Shown here piece by piece: positions 58,801-58,827 of a stretch of 58,827 nt of DNA (position 1 is its first letter; the number at the start of each line of letters is the position of its first letter). Origin of the DNA: Chthoniobacteraceae bacterium. Its GTDB lineage: Bacteria; Verrucomicrobiota; Verrucomicrobiia; Chthoniobacterales; Chthoniobacteraceae. The position numbers and the translations under genes are program-made. The DNA is taken from NCBI GenBank assembly GCA_040081625.1, contig JBEBGD010000025.1, forward strand, positions 1 to 58,827, given 5' to 3'. The notes beneath the pieces were generated by a model. The model saw only the letters and a list, made by a program, of their open reading frames with translations. It did no database searches and had not been told where the DNA came from.

Positions 58801-58827
58801 CCGGCGTTACACTTTCGCGTCAGGGTC

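Overview
High-GC chromosomal segment that looks verrucomicrobial (Chthoniobacterales-like), judged from the Verru_Chthon cassette genes, an RsmA-Nudix fusion and PQQ-type propeller proteins. About 50 tightly packed CDSs. Housekeeping and metabolic genes: tdh-kbl, def, tonB/exbBD-type, comB, ogg, rex, rluB-like, ald, thiG, rsmA, katG, nrdR, manC, ruvX, truA. Envelope and accessory modules: an MBOAT plus two SGNH/DltD-like paralogues; a 1666-aa repetitive secreted protein; a halogenase-lipoprotein-MMPL-acyltransferase-LolA operon; a three-gene Verru_Chthon pilin-like cassette lacking D; and a patch of small genes and gene remnants around katG. The best candidate for an undescribed system is a stand-alone FabF-like ketosynthase whose catalytic Cys is replaced by Ser. 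It is translationally coupled to a 7TM-GAF histidine kinase and a second hybrid kinase at the end of the nrdR operon, facing a NarL-type regulator. Non-coding signals include three inverted pairs of 7-8 bp tandem-repeat arrays (one entering the ogg reading frame), a GTAG-type REP doublet, and a recurring TAnnnT-N9-start promoter layout implying near-leaderless mRNAs. No rRNA, tRNA, CRISPR, transposase or integrase was recognised. All family calls come from motif recognition by eye, not database searches.
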